64,000 bases of DNA from an uncultured candidate division Zixibacteria bacterium (GCA_963713865.1 OY970208.1:1664001-1728000), one strand, 5' to 3'. Counted from the first letter of the stretch, positions 32,898 through 43,267 are shown. Numbers and translations: made by a program. The notes: a model not told the origin generated them from the letters alone.

Positions 32898-33962
32898 TTA
32901 CGCATGTCTCTGTCTGAATTTCTTAACTTCGGCGATCCTGGCTTTGGCTAAGATATTAGCAGCTTTGTAGGTTGGTATTTTCGAGTCCTCAGAAATCTCT
33001 AAGATTCTTTTCATAATATCATAAATTCCAGTTGCCTGTTTTATTGCTTTTTCTCTGATATAACCTCCTAATTCATTAGCTACATTGATCATACCGCCTG
33101 CACCGATTACAAAATCTGGTGCATATAGTATTCCTTTTTTATGCAAGATCTCCCCATATTTTTCCTCCGCCAGTTGATTATTAGCTGGACCAGCGATGAT
33201 CTTCACTTTAAATTTCTCCATAGTTTCAGCATTTATCACTCCGCCTAAGGCACAGGGTGAGAAGACATCTGCTTTAACTTCAAAGATCTTTTCTGGCGAA
33301 ACGATCTCTGCATCTAACTCCTGCCTGGCTTTCTCGGTTTTCTCAGTTATAATATCCGCAACGATTAATCTGCATCCTGCCTCTTTCAATTTCTGAGCCA
33401 GATGATACCCAACATGACCCACCCCTTGAATCGCCACCGAGATACCTTCCAGAGATTTTCTATTAAAAACTTTCTCCACACAGGCTAAAAGTCCGTTGTA
33501 TAGACCGATAGCAGTGATGGGGCCCGGATCTCCGCTTCCTCCTAAAGCCCTGGATAGACCTACTACATATTTGGTCTCATAGCGGACTATCTCCATATCC
33601 TCAACTGTGGTTCCAACATCTTCGGCAGTGATATATCTTCCGTTAAGACCTTGCACAAATCTTCCAAATGCTCTTAAGAGTAATTCGTTTTTATTTTTTA
33701 GAGGGTCTCCAATTATCACCCCTTGACCCCCACCAAAGTTAATCCCAGCAGCAGAGGCTTTATAAGTCATAGCTTTAGAAAGAAGCAATACGTCTTTTAA
33801 TGCCTCCTCCTCAGATTTGTAAGGAAACATCCTTACTCCACCAATGGCCGGTCCTAAGGTGGTATCGTGGATAGCGATGATTCCTCGGAGTTGTGCTACT
33901 TTATCCGAGCAGAAGATTATCTGCTCATGTTGGTCTTCAGCTAAAGATTCAAAAATTTCCAT
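32898..33962 (-). CDS. Leucine dehydrogenase-like protein with catalytic Lys replaced by Gln
   Basis: AIHDTTLGPAIGGVR, MTYK, GGGQ (normally GGGK), TAEDVG, QGVGHVG, ANNQL. Confidence 0.88.
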   Translation of the reverse strand: MEIFESLAEDQHEQIIFCSDKVAQLRGIIAIHDTTLGPAIGGVRMFPYKSEEEALKDVLLLSKAMTYKASAAGINFGGGQGVIIGDPLKNKNELLLRAFGRFVQGLNGRYITAEDVGTTVEDMEIVRYETKYVVGLSRALGGSGDPGPITAIGLYNGLLACVEKVFNRKSLEGISVAIQGVGHVGYHLAQKLKEAGCRLIVADIITEKTEKARQELDAEIVSPEKIFEVKADVFSPCALGGVINAETMEKFKVKIIAGPANNQLAEEKYGEILHKKGILYAPDFVIGAGGMINVANELGGYIREKAIKQATGIYDIMKRILEISEDSKIPTYKAANILAKARIAEVKKFRQRHA

Positions 33963-34112
33963 AGTTTTGATCTAATCCTTTTATTACTACAGGGCTGGAG
34001 TGTAAAGTCTCAAGATCCTGTTGACTTTAGCTTTACTTCTTTGCCTGGTAAACCTGAAGGTTTACGCTCCATAATTACGTTCACGAAAAACGAATAACGT
34101 TCACGTTTTTTC

Positions 34113-34886
34113 CTAAACCCAGTTCGGTTTTCTTTTCTGTAAAAATGCCTCCATTCCTTCTTTTGCCTCTCCCGCTGCAAAACATTCTCCAAAGGCATCT
34201 ACTTCAAAGGAACTACCTGTGGCAAAATCTGTTTCCACTCCCCGGCCGATCACCCTTTTAGCCTGTCTGACTGCAGTTGGTCCTTTGGAAGCAATCTTTT
34301 TTGCCATCTCCATACAGACATCCATCAGGTTATCATGGGGGACCACTTGATTAACCAGTCCGATATTCAAAGCAGTTTGAGCATCGACCATATCTGCAGT
34401 TAAAATCAACTCTTTAGCTTTAGCAGCACCGACCATTCGAGCCAATCTTTGAGTTCCGGCAAAACCGGGAATTACTCCCAGGTTCACCTCCGGCTGTCCT
34501 AATTTAGCTTTATCTGAGGCTATCCGGATATCACAAGCCATAGCTAATTCACACCCTCCACCCAAAGCAAAACCATTGACCGCTGCAATGACCGGCCTAT
34601 CCTGAGATTCTATCAGGGAGAAAACTTTTTGTCCCATCTCAGAGAAATCTATTGCCTGCTGTCTGGTCATATCCTTCATCTCAGCAATATCCGCTCCAGC
34701 CACGAATGCCTTTCCCTCTCCAGTAATTATGATTACTTTGATCTTTTCATCTCTACTCCACTGATGGGCTATATCGTTAAGCTCATGAATAGTCTCAGTA
34801 TTTAAGGCATTTAACTGCATAGGTCGGTTGATTTTTATTATGCCAATACTGTCTTTAATCTCTGTCAGAAGATTCTTATATTCCAC
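34113..34886 (-). CDS. crt: Enoyl-CoA hydratase (crotonase)
   Basis: AFVAGADI, ALGGGCELAMACD, GQPEVNLG..PGFAGTQRL. Confidence 0.92.
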   Translation of the reverse strand: MEYKNLLTEIKDSIGIIKINRPMQLNALNTETIHELNDIAHQWSRDEKIKVIIITGEGKAFVAGADIAEMKDMTRQQAIDFSEMGQKVFSLIESQDRPVIAAVNGFALGGGCELAMACDIRIASDKAKLGQPEVNLGVIPGFAGTQRLARMVGAAKAKELILTADMVDAQTALNIGLVNQVVPHDNLMDVCMEMAKKIASKGPTAVRQAKRVIGRGVETDFATGSSFEVDAFGECFAAGEAKEGMEAFLQKRKPNWV

Positions 34887-34996
34887 ATCTCCTCCTTTCC
34901 TTTTAGCTATTAGCAGGTAGCTTGTAGCTATTAGCTTTAAAACTCTATGCTTTTGAACATATTCTTTAGACTTTAGCCTATAGCCTTTTGACTATT

Positions 34997-36130
34997 TTAT
35001 TTCATCAACTCTCTGAAGATAACCAATCTCTGAATCTCTGAAGTTCCCTCACCTATCTCGCAGAGCTTTACGTCACGCAGGTACCTTTCAACCGGGTAAT
35101 CTCTGGAATATCCATATCCTCCAAAGATTTGAATTGCCTGATAAGTGACAAACCTGCCGACTTCTGATGCGTAAAGTTTTGCCATAGCTGATTCTTTAAC
35201 GTATCTCTCTCCTCTGTCTTCTAAAAAAGCAGCATGGTAAATCAGATGTCGGGCAGCTTCAATCTGAGTTGCCATATCCGCTAATTTAAACTGGATGGCT
35301 TGAAATTCGATTAAGGGCTTTTCAAATTGAATCCTTTCCCTGGCGTATCTCAAGGCTTTATCAAAGGCTCCCTGGGCTATGCCTAATGCCATCGCACCTA
35401 TGCTTATCCTTCCGCCATCCAAGGTAATCAAAAACTGCTTGAATCCTTCTCCTTCTTTACCTAAAATATTCTCTTTAGGAATTTTTAAATCCTCAAAATG
35501 CAGGGTAGCGGTATCAGAACCTCGTAAACCCATTTTGGTTTCTTTTTTACCTACGGAGAATCCTTTCAGCCCTTTTTCCAGGATAAAAGAGCTGATCCCT
35601 TTGGTACCTTTGGTTTTGTCGGTTACTGCAGTAGTCACAAAAATTTCCGCAACTGAGGCATTGGTGATAAAACATTTAGAGCCGTTGATTACATAACTAT
35701 CACCATCTAAAGCCGCCGTGGTTTTAGTTCCTCCAGCATCTGAGCCAGCATCAGGTTCGGTTAAACCGAAGGCACCTAACTTTTCTCCCTTGGCTAAAGG
35801 TGGGATATATTTTTTCTTCTGTTCTTCATTACCAAAAAGATATATAGGGCAGATGGCTAAGGAATTGTGTGCAGCAACTGTTATTCCAGTTGAACCACAG
35901 ACGCGGGAGAGTTCCTCTACAGCGATGGCATATCTTAAGGTGTCTATGCCTGTGCCTCCATATTCCGGAGGAGCGACCATCCCTAAAAGACCGAGATTTG
36001 CTACCTTCCTTATATTCTCAAAAGGGAATTCTGCTTTCTCGTCTATTTCCTTAGCTTTAGGTTCAATCTCTTTTTCTGCAAACTCTCTTATCTTGTTTCT
36101 AAAGGCTAAATATTTTTTATCTAAATACAT
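34997..36130 (-). CDS. Acyl-CoA dehydrogenase
   Basis: FGLTEPDAGSD, LDGGRI, QIFGGYG, EIGEGTSE. Confidence 0.94.
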   Translation of the reverse strand: MYLDKKYLAFRNKIREFAEKEIEPKAKEIDEKAEFPFENIRKVANLGLLGMVAPPEYGGTGIDTLRYAIAVEELSRVCGSTGITVAAHNSLAICPIYLFGNEEQKKKYIPPLAKGEKLGAFGLTEPDAGSDAGGTKTTAALDGDSYVINGSKCFITNASVAEIFVTTAVTDKTKGTKGISSFILEKGLKGFSVGKKETKMGLRGSDTATLHFEDLKIPKENILGKEGEGFKQFLITLDGGRISIGAMALGIAQGAFDKALRYARERIQFEKPLIEFQAIQFKLADMATQIEAARHLIYHAAFLEDRGERYVKESAMAKLYASEVGRFVTYQAIQIFGGYGYSRDYPVERYLRDVKLCEIGEGTSEIQRLVIFRELMK

Positions 36131-36156
36131 TCTGCTCCCTTATCCCATGGATTTTT

Positions 36157-37299
36157 TTAGGATTTTAAAAGGTCTCTGGAGATGACCATTCTCTGAGCTT
36201 CAGAGGTTCCCTCATAGATCTCGGTTACCCTGGCATCCCGGAAATATCTTTCCACTGCATATTCTTTCATATATCCATACCCGCCGTGAATCTGAACCGC
36301 CTCGTTTACCACATAGTTGGCTATTTCAGAAGCAAAGAGTTTAGCCATTGAAGCCTCTATACTGCATCTTATTTTATTCTGTTTCAACCAGGCGGCACGA
36401 TAGACTAAAAGGCGAGCAGCTTCTATCTGGGTAGCCATATTAGCTAATTTGAATTGAATCGCCTGAAAGTTGCAGATCGGCTGACCGAATTGAACCCGCT
36501 CTTTCGAATATTTTAAAGCTTCAGCCAGGGCTGATTGGGCAATTCCTACCGATTGAGCCCCTACTCCGATCCTTCCAGAATCGAGTAATTCTAAGGCTAT
36601 ACGAAAACCTTTGTTTTCCTCTCCAATTAAGCTTACTTTAGGCACAAGGCAATCCTCAAAGGAGATCTCTCTGGTATCAGAGCCTCTGATCCCCATTTTC
36701 TTTTCTTTGGTACCGATATTAAATCCTTTTAAACCCTTATCAACTATCAGACAGGAGATGCCTTTGGATTTAGCCTCAGGATTGGTTAAGACAAAAAGAA
36801 CAAAGAGATCTGCAATCCCGCCGTTGGTAACAAAGGTTTTGGTACCATTAACTAAATAGTGGTCTCCTTTTAAAAGTGCAGTAGTCTTTAAACTTCCAGC
36901 ATCGGTTCCAGCCTGTGGTTCAGTTAAAGAATAAGCTCCGATAAATTCTCCTTTAGTTAATTTAGACAGATATTTTTTCTTCTGCTCCTCAGTTCCAAAT
37001 TTGTAAATGGCTTCGCAGACCAAGGAATTATGAACTGATAAGGAGATCATTAAAGCGGCACAGGCTTTGGAGAACTCCTCCATAGTCAGGATGTAGCTAA
37101 TGAAATCCAAGCCCGAGCCACCATACTCTTCGGGCATTAACATTCCCAAATAACCTAAATCGGCTAATTCTTTGTATAGTTCTCTGGGAAGCTCTTCCTT
37201 CTCATCGAACTCCTGAGCTTTAGGTGCTAATTTCTCAGAAGCAAATTCCCTGGCGGCTTCTTTTATCATCTTTTGGTCTTCATTAAATTCAAAGTCCAT
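36157..37299 (-). CDS. Acyl-CoA dehydrogenase
   Basis: SLTEPQAGTD, RVQFG, QIHGGYG, IYEGTSE. Confidence 0.94.
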   Translation of the reverse strand: MDFEFNEDQKMIKEAAREFASEKLAPKAQEFDEKEELPRELYKELADLGYLGMLMPEEYGGSGLDFISYILTMEEFSKACAALMISLSVHNSLVCEAIYKFGTEEQKKKYLSKLTKGEFIGAYSLTEPQAGTDAGSLKTTALLKGDHYLVNGTKTFVTNGGIADLFVLFVLTNPEAKSKGISCLIVDKGLKGFNIGTKEKKMGIRGSDTREISFEDCLVPKVSLIGEENKGFRIALELLDSGRIGVGAQSVGIAQSALAEALKYSKERVQFGQPICNFQAIQFKLANMATQIEAARLLVYRAAWLKQNKIRCSIEASMAKLFASEIANYVVNEAVQIHGGYGYMKEYAVERYFRDARVTEIYEGTSEAQRMVISRDLLKS

Positions 37300-37422
37300 A
37301 ATTTTCTCCCGGGTTAAGAGATTTTAGCGGGCAAGGTACTCACCCTACGAAAAATAGATAGGTTAACAATCGTAGGCCGAACTCCCCGCTCCGCTAACTC
37401 GAATCTTTCAGAATCATCTTTA

Positions 37423-38670
37423 TTACTCTGCCTTTTTGAAAATCATTGCAACCACGGTTTTGTCGTTCCCACCCATACTGATCATCAAGGCATAAGGTTT
37501 ATACGGGTTAAGTTTTACCTGATACTCTCCAGCTTTACCGGTCAGCTGATGAACACAATCTACTGCCTGCCTGACTCCTGTTCCACCAACGTAATGACCG
37601 AAACCGATCAAACCACCACCTAGGTTTGTGGGAAGTTCACTTTTTAGATTGGTTTTTCCTGCCTGGACGAAAGCTGAACCTTCTCCATATTTAGCAAAAC
37701 CGGCTGCCTCTAATGCCAAAATACCTCCAACTGTGAAACAGTCATGGACTTCTAAAATGCCAATATCTTTGGGACCAAGTCCAGCCATTTTATAGGCTTT
37801 CTCAACTGCTCTTTTGGTAGTGCTCATCACGGTCATATCTTCAGGGGCTTTGGTTAGATCTGCTACTGCCGTACCAAATCCTACTACTTCAATCGCATCC
37901 TTTTTCCCCACGTCAATTTTCTTCAAACCCTCTTCGGAAGCGAAAATCAAGGCAGAAGCCCCATCCGATACCTTGGAACAATCATAGATATTGAGATGGT
38001 CAACAAAAGCTTTTGGATTTGGAGGGGTCATTCCGGCTGCAAATAAGTCTTCTATACTATTATGATATTCCTGAGCTTTTGGGTTTTTCCGGGCGTTCTC
38101 TATGGCTTGTTTATACCACAGAGCCATACCTTTTCTCATATAATCGTATCCGAATTTGTCATAACAAACACCGGCTCTATCTGAGAATAGAGCCGGGAAA
38201 AAGTAGGCATGCCCGTTTTTCCTCTCGGTGAGATAATGCCCTGCACCAGCTAATATATCTGCACCGTAAATAGCTTTAACGGTGTTCTGCACCTCCACTC
38301 CAATGGTCAATACTACATCCGATACTTCTGATGCGATGCTCTTCAGGGAAGTAAGTAAAGCTAATCCACCGGAACCACAGGCACCTTCAACCCGGGTATG
38401 AGGTTTGTATTCCAGGGATGGGTGAATCGTGGGTATGAGTGCAGCTAAATTGCCTTGTTTGTTAAACCGTGCGGCCATGAAGTTGGAGATTATACCTTCA
38501 TCTATATTTTCCGGATTATTTATCTGAGCAATTGCTCCTCTGCCCGCTTCCTGAATATACTGCTCCAATCCCGGTCTGGGCTTTTTAGGATTGAATTCCT
38601 TTCTTCCCGAGCCAAAGGAAATGGTGTTATATCCGGCGGTTAGATATACTTTCTTTCTTAATTTAGGCAT
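37423..38670 (-). CDS. Thiolase, SCP2/HDCF type
   Basis: EGACGSGG, DCSKVSDGA, EVHDCF, GHYVGGTG. Confidence 0.88.
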   Translation of the reverse strand: MPKLRKKVYLTAGYNTISFGSGRKEFNPKKPRPGLEQYIQEAGRGAIAQINNPENIDEGIISNFMAARFNKQGNLAALIPTIHPSLEYKPHTRVEGACGSGGLALLTSLKSIASEVSDVVLTIGVEVQNTVKAIYGADILAGAGHYLTERKNGHAYFFPALFSDRAGVCYDKFGYDYMRKGMALWYKQAIENARKNPKAQEYHNSIEDLFAAGMTPPNPKAFVDHLNIYDCSKVSDGASALIFASEEGLKKIDVGKKDAIEVVGFGTAVADLTKAPEDMTVMSTTKRAVEKAYKMAGLGPKDIGILEVHDCFTVGGILALEAAGFAKYGEGSAFVQAGKTNLKSELPTNLGGGLIGFGHYVGGTGVRQAVDCVHQLTGKAGEYQVKLNPYKPYALMISMGGNDKTVVAMIFKKAE

Positions 38671-38682
38671 CTTTTTCCTCCA

Positions 38683-40023
38683 TTAAATATAATCGTTTAT
38701 TGGTCCATACAAATGATAGAATCCATTTAATAATACGTTATTCACATCCTCAGATGTTTTAGCTACACCTGTTTTCACCAGCTTTTCGCCAATTTCTTTG
38801 GAGTTTTTAAGGTAAGCTAATGCAAGTTTTGCACCGAGGGTATTGGAGGTTTTCAGATTCTTGAAAAATACTGAAAGCTTATCGCCCTTTTTAGGGTCCA
38901 TAAGCAGATTTTTCCAGGGTGAGAAGCCGGAGGGATATTCGCCTAACTTTTTATCTATATCCCCGCTCCAGCCTTTAGGATTGAAAAGCTTATATTCTCC
39001 CTTGTCTATGTCATAGACACCAACCGGTCTGTTCCTGTCATATTTCAGGAAGCCATCTTTCTGAGAACCGTCGCTTCTCTGTCCACCCAGGACTTTTTTA
39101 TCGTACATTTTTTTCAAAAGTTCGTCCTTTAAATCCTCGCTTTCAATATAGTGATCAATTGTCTCGGAGATACTCTGGAAAACATCCACCCCCACATAAT
39201 CGATCAACTGGAAGATTCCCATAGGTCTGATCAACAAATCTTGACTGATTTTATTCATTATATAAAGAGCACCGGGCAGGGTATAGTCTTTTGCTAATTT
39301 CTTGGCTTCCCGTAGAGCATATAAGCCATCTCTTAAGAAATGCCCGTTCCCGATAAACCCGGCAATGTCGTTGGAGGGAACGATCTTCTTGTTCAGCCTT
39401 TTTGCCAGCTCAAGGGAGAAATCTTTTAATTCCTGAATGGTCGTATCGGCGGAGATAAGCTCTGCCAATCTCTGCACTGCTGGCGGATTGTAAAAATGGA
39501 ATCCGATTAGCCTTCCTCCAAGGTTGGATTCTTTATTTAAGATAGTTATGGGGATAGATGAGGTGTTGGTAAGGTAGAGGGTATCTTTGCTACAGAAGTT
39601 GTCAATCTTTTTCAATAGATTTACTTTTAAATCTTTATTTTCCAATACCGCCTCGAAGATCACTTTAGAATCTTTTATTACACTTAAATCTGTTTCTGGA
39701 CGTAATACCGAAAGAGCGTCTTCAATGTACTGGTTAATGCAGTCCTGATTCTCTATTAAATCCTCACGGCCTTTATACATCTGTCTTAACATCACACAGG
39801 CTTTTTCTCCAGCTTTAACTAACTGCGATTTTAAATATTGCAATAAACCTGCCAGATGGTCGGGATGAATATCGATCAGGTACAAGCGATAATCTTTATC
39901 CTTGTTCTCTGGTAAATTTTTCAGCCTTGCCATCTCCTGAGCTAAAAGCAGAGCTATCCCGCTTCCCATCTTCCCAGCCGCCCCGATTACCGCCACATTT
40001 TGCATCCTCTCGTCAAAATTCAT
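38683..40023 (-). CDS. 3-hydroxyacyl-CoA dehydrogenase family protein
   Basis: GAAGKMGSGIA, EAVLE, NTSSIP, HFYNP, GFIGN, PMGIFQLIDYVG. Confidence 0.88.
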   Translation of the reverse strand: MNFDERMQNVAVIGAAGKMGSGIALLLAQEMARLKNLPENKDKDYRLYLIDIHPDHLAGLLQYLKSQLVKAGEKACVMLRQMYKGREDLIENQDCINQYIEDALSVLRPETDLSVIKDSKVIFEAVLENKDLKVNLLKKIDNFCSKDTLYLTNTSSIPITILNKESNLGGRLIGFHFYNPPAVQRLAELISADTTIQELKDFSLELAKRLNKKIVPSNDIAGFIGNGHFLRDGLYALREAKKLAKDYTLPGALYIMNKISQDLLIRPMGIFQLIDYVGVDVFQSISETIDHYIESEDLKDELLKKMYDKKVLGGQRSDGSQKDGFLKYDRNRPVGVYDIDKGEYKLFNPKGWSGDIDKKLGEYPSGFSPWKNLLMDPKKGDKLSVFFKNLKTSNTLGAKLALAYLKNSKEIGEKLVKTGVAKTSEDVNNVLLNGFYHLYGPINDYI

Positions 40024-40159
40024 AAAGTGAACCTCCTGTGATTATTATTTATTTCAAAAGATCAAAATTATCCTTCTATATATAAGGATTTTTGAATTAA
40101 ATTTCAAGGGTTTTTTGTTAAGTTTGAGATTTTTTTCACAAGGGGCTTTATTGTATTTC

Positions 40160-40210
40160 GTAGCGCGTCCCTTTTAGGGACGCAATGTGAGGCTGAAAGT
40201 CTCGCGCTAC
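40160..40210. repeat. REPIN-like element, compact form
   Basis: GTAGCGCGTCCC-TTTTA-GGGACGC...GAGGCTGAAAGTCTCGCGCTAC. Confidence 0.8.
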
Positions 40211-40260
40211 GTTTTAAACCGATGAACCTTTGAACCATTGAACTCTTGAACAGTCTTATT

Positions 40261-40767
40261 TTATTTATCCTGTTCCAACTCCATAATAGGCTCTTCGGTA
40301 TCGACCAACTGGTTTTCTTTGAAATTCACCTTTTTTACTATTCCATCCAAAGCTGATTTTATCTCATGCTCCATCTTCATTGCTTCTACGATTGCCAGGC
40401 TCTGTTTCTTTTTCACCTTTTCACCTTCGGAAACTAAAATTTTTAGTATCCGTCCGGGCATTGGAGCACAGACTGACTGTTTTCCTTCAGCTAAACCTGA
40501 TTCCTCTTCTTTTCTTTTAGCTCTGGTGGTGTCTTTTTCGTGGAGTATGAATTGTTCGCCCTGGACAAAGATATATCTTTTATTCTCAGCTTCTGCTAAA
40601 TAGACTGTCTGAATTTTACCATCAATTTCCAGGGACAAGCAGTTAGGGGAGATGACCTGACAATCAAACTCTTTTTTATTGTTCCCGAAATCTACAAAGT
40701 ATTTATCACCCTTTTTCTCAAGGTTGACTTTGTAGATTTTATCCTCTAAAACGAATTCAAATTCCAT
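40261..40767 (-). CDS. Biotin carboxyl carrier subunit (3-methylcrotonyl-CoA carboxylase)
   Basis: APMPG, EAMKMEH; ATG 40767 directly follows the carboxylase stop. Confidence 0.92.
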   Translation of the reverse strand: MEFEFVLEDKIYKVNLEKKGDKYFVDFGNNKKEFDCQVISPNCLSLEIDGKIQTVYLAEAENKRYIFVQGEQFILHEKDTTRAKRKEEESGLAEGKQSVCAPMPGRILKILVSEGEKVKKKQSLAIVEAMKMEHEIKSALDGIVKKVNFKENQLVDTEEPIMELEQDK

Positions 40768-40769
40768 AT

Positions 40770-42266
40770 CTAAACACCGATCTCCCATTTGCCCAGGGAA
40801 AGCCAGGGATCATACCCTGTGGCTTTAATCATCTTCCCCTTGGTAGAAGTTTTATCTGTTGATTGAATAACTCCGGCAATTAAAGCGATCTCTTTGAATT
40901 TCTCATTCTCTCTTTTCTCTTTCCATTCACCCATATTCTTGGGAATAAAATCGGTCTGGGTATTACCGGCAGTGAATTCTGGATGGGATAATAAATCTTT
41001 AAGATAGTTTATCTGGGTTTTAATGCCCAAGATGGCATAATCGGAAAGAGCCTGAATGGATCTTTTTCTGGCAGACTCTCTATTCTCGGCCCAGCAGATA
41101 AGTTTAGCCAGAATCGGGTCATAGTGCATAGTTACTTCGATTCCGGAGTATAGTCCTGAGTCATTCCTGATTCCGGGTCCGGAAGGCTCTTTAACATATA
41201 ATATTTTACCAAAGGAGGGGAGGAAATCATTTTCCGGGTCTTCGGCGTAGATCCTGCATTCAATCGCGTGTCCTCTTTGTGAAAGCTCCTCCTGCTTGAA
41301 AGGAAGTTTTTCACCACTTGCAATTTTTATCTGGGTTTTAACTAAATCCACACCAGTTACCAACTCGGTTATGGGATGCTCCACCTGAATGCGGGCATTG
41401 ACTTCCAGGAAATAGTATTTCCCATTCTCATCCAAGAGGAACTCGACTGTGCCTGCGTTGTTATAATTAGCGGTTTGAATAACTTTCACTGCAGTTTTTC
41501 CCATCTCAGCTCGGAGCTCAGGAGTTAAAGCAGTAGAGGGAGCTTCCTCTATGATCTTCTGATGTCTTCTCTGGATGGAACACTCCCTTTCAAAAAGATG
41601 GACTGCATTTCCATAATTGTCGGCTAATACCTGAAACTCAATGTGTCTTGGTCTCTCAATACATTTCTCCAGATAAACCGATTCATCTCCAAAAGCAGAT
41701 TTTGCTTCTCTCATTCCAGCTTCTATTGAGGATTTCAAATCTTCTTTGGAGTGGATGATTCTCATCCCTTTTCCTCCACCACCAGCAGAGGCTTTGAGCA
41801 TCACCGGATAGCCGATTCTTTCTGCCTGCTCTTCAAACTCTTTCAGGTTTCCACCTTTCATCTTCATACCGGGGATTATGGGGATTTTTGCCTGGGTCAT
41901 AGTCTTACGGGATTCAATTTTATCTCCAACCAATCTTAAAGCCTCTGAATTAGGTCCGATGAAAATTATTTTCTCGTCCTCACATCTTTTAGAAAAAAGA
42001 TGATTTTCAGCTAAGAAACCGTAACCCGGATGAATTGCTTCTACTTTAGATTTTTGGGCGATATCAATGATTTTGTCAATATTCAGGTAACTTTCTAACG
42101 GGGGAGCAGGACCTAATAGATGGGCTTCATCTGTCATCTGAACGTGAAGCGCTTTTCTATCCACCTCAGAGTATACCGCTACGGTTTCTATCCCCATCTC
42201 CTTGCAAGCCCGGATAATCCGGACTGCGATCTCACCCCGATTGGCAATTAGAATATTTTTGAACAT
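40770..42266 (-). CDS. Biotin carboxylase subunit (LiuD-like)
   Basis: ANRGEIA, HPGYGFLAEN, ERECSIQRRHQK, RIQVEHP; lies beside liuBC-like genes. Confidence 0.93.
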   Translation of the reverse strand: MFKNILIANRGEIAVRIIRACKEMGIETVAVYSEVDRKALHVQMTDEAHLLGPAPPLESYLNIDKIIDIAQKSKVEAIHPGYGFLAENHLFSKRCEDEKIIFIGPNSEALRLVGDKIESRKTMTQAKIPIIPGMKMKGGNLKEFEEQAERIGYPVMLKASAGGGGKGMRIIHSKEDLKSSIEAGMREAKSAFGDESVYLEKCIERPRHIEFQVLADNYGNAVHLFERECSIQRRHQKIIEEAPSTALTPELRAEMGKTAVKVIQTANYNNAGTVEFLLDENGKYYFLEVNARIQVEHPITELVTGVDLVKTQIKIASGEKLPFKQEELSQRGHAIECRIYAEDPENDFLPSFGKILYVKEPSGPGIRNDSGLYSGIEVTMHYDPILAKLICWAENRESARKRSIQALSDYAILGIKTQINYLKDLLSHPEFTAGNTQTDFIPKNMGEWKEKRENEKFKEIALIAGVIQSTDKTSTKGKMIKATGYDPWLSLGKWEIGV

Positions 42267-42280
42267 AGTATATGTTTTTC

Positions 42281-42359
42281 GTAGCGCGACCCTTTCAGGG
42301 TCGCTAAGTGAGGCTTAAGCCTCACACTGCATTCGTCCGACACTAAGGTCGGACGTTAC
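42281..42359. repeat. REP-like hairpin cluster
   Basis: GTAGCGCGACCC-TTTCA-GGGTCGC, GTGAGGCTTAAGCCTCAC, CGTCCGAC..GTCGGACGTTAC. Confidence 0.8.
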
Positions 42360-42382
42360 GTTTTTTTAACCCTTGAACTTTT

Positions 42383-43174
42383 TTATTCTTGACTCCACTT
42401 AGGCTTTCTTTTTTCCAGAAATGCGTTCATCCCTTCCTGTCCTTCTTCGCTTATTCTCATCTTGGCAATGACTTCAGCAGTGTATCTTTTGAATTCTTCT
42501 GGCTTCATCCCAGGAACATTATGCAACAAATCTTTGCACATAGCTGAAGCTTTGGGACCTGAGGAAAGGAGCTGTTTTATCCTTTCGTTTACGGCTTCAT
42601 CTAATTTATCTTCTGGAACCACCTGGTTTGCCATACCGGATTGTAAAGCTTTTTGAGCATCTATTCTTTCGCCGGTTAAAAATAACTCCCTGGCTACTCT
42701 TTCACCAACTCTTCGCAGAACATAGGGAGAGATGCAGGCGGGGACTAAACCTAATTTTACCTCAGATAAGCTGAACTTAGCCTTTTCTGAGGCTATGACT
42801 ATGTCACATACTGCCACCAAACCAGCTCCTCCTCCGATGGCTGCACCATTGACCCGGGCAATAGTTGGCTGAGGGAGGGTATACATCAAATAGAAAAGTT
42901 CAGCTAACTGCAGAGATTCTTTCAGATTTTCTTCATAAGAAAAATTTATTACCCTTTTCATCCAGTTCAAATCCGCACCTGCACAGAAAGATTGACCATT
43001 CCCGGTGAGAACCGCGATTCTAATTTTTTCGTCTGCTGAAATTATTTTAAAAATTTCAGTAAGCTCGAAAATCATAATGTCGTTAAAGGCATTATGCACT
43101 TCCGGACGATTCAGAAAAATACGGGCAATTTGATTTTCGATTTTAAAAGTGATGGTTTGATATTCCGAAGGCAT
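42383..43174 (-). CDS. liuC: Methylglutaconyl-CoA hydratase (LiuC-like)
   Basis: LNRPEVHNAF, FCAGADLNWM, GGGAGLVAVCD, SEVKLGLVPACISPY. Confidence 0.85.
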   Translation of the reverse strand: MPSEYQTITFKIENQIARIFLNRPEVHNAFNDIMIFELTEIFKIISADEKIRIAVLTGNGQSFCAGADLNWMKRVINFSYEENLKESLQLAELFYLMYTLPQPTIARVNGAAIGGGAGLVAVCDIVIASEKAKFSLSEVKLGLVPACISPYVLRRVGERVARELFLTGERIDAQKALQSGMANQVVPEDKLDEAVNERIKQLLSSGPKASAMCKDLLHNVPGMKPEEFKRYTAEVIAKMRISEEGQEGMNAFLEKRKPKWSQE

Positions 43175-43187
43175 CTTTATTATCCTT

Positions 43188-43255
43188 TGTCATTCTGAGC
43201 CCGTAGGGCGAAGAATCTGTAGATTCTTCGGTCGCCATGCTCCCTCAGAATGACA
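43188..43255. repeat. TGTCATTCTGAG...CTCAGAATGACA palindromic element, copy 2
   Basis: First 31 nt identical to 15901-15931. Confidence 0.85.
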
Positions 43256-43267
43256 GCTCTAATTATT

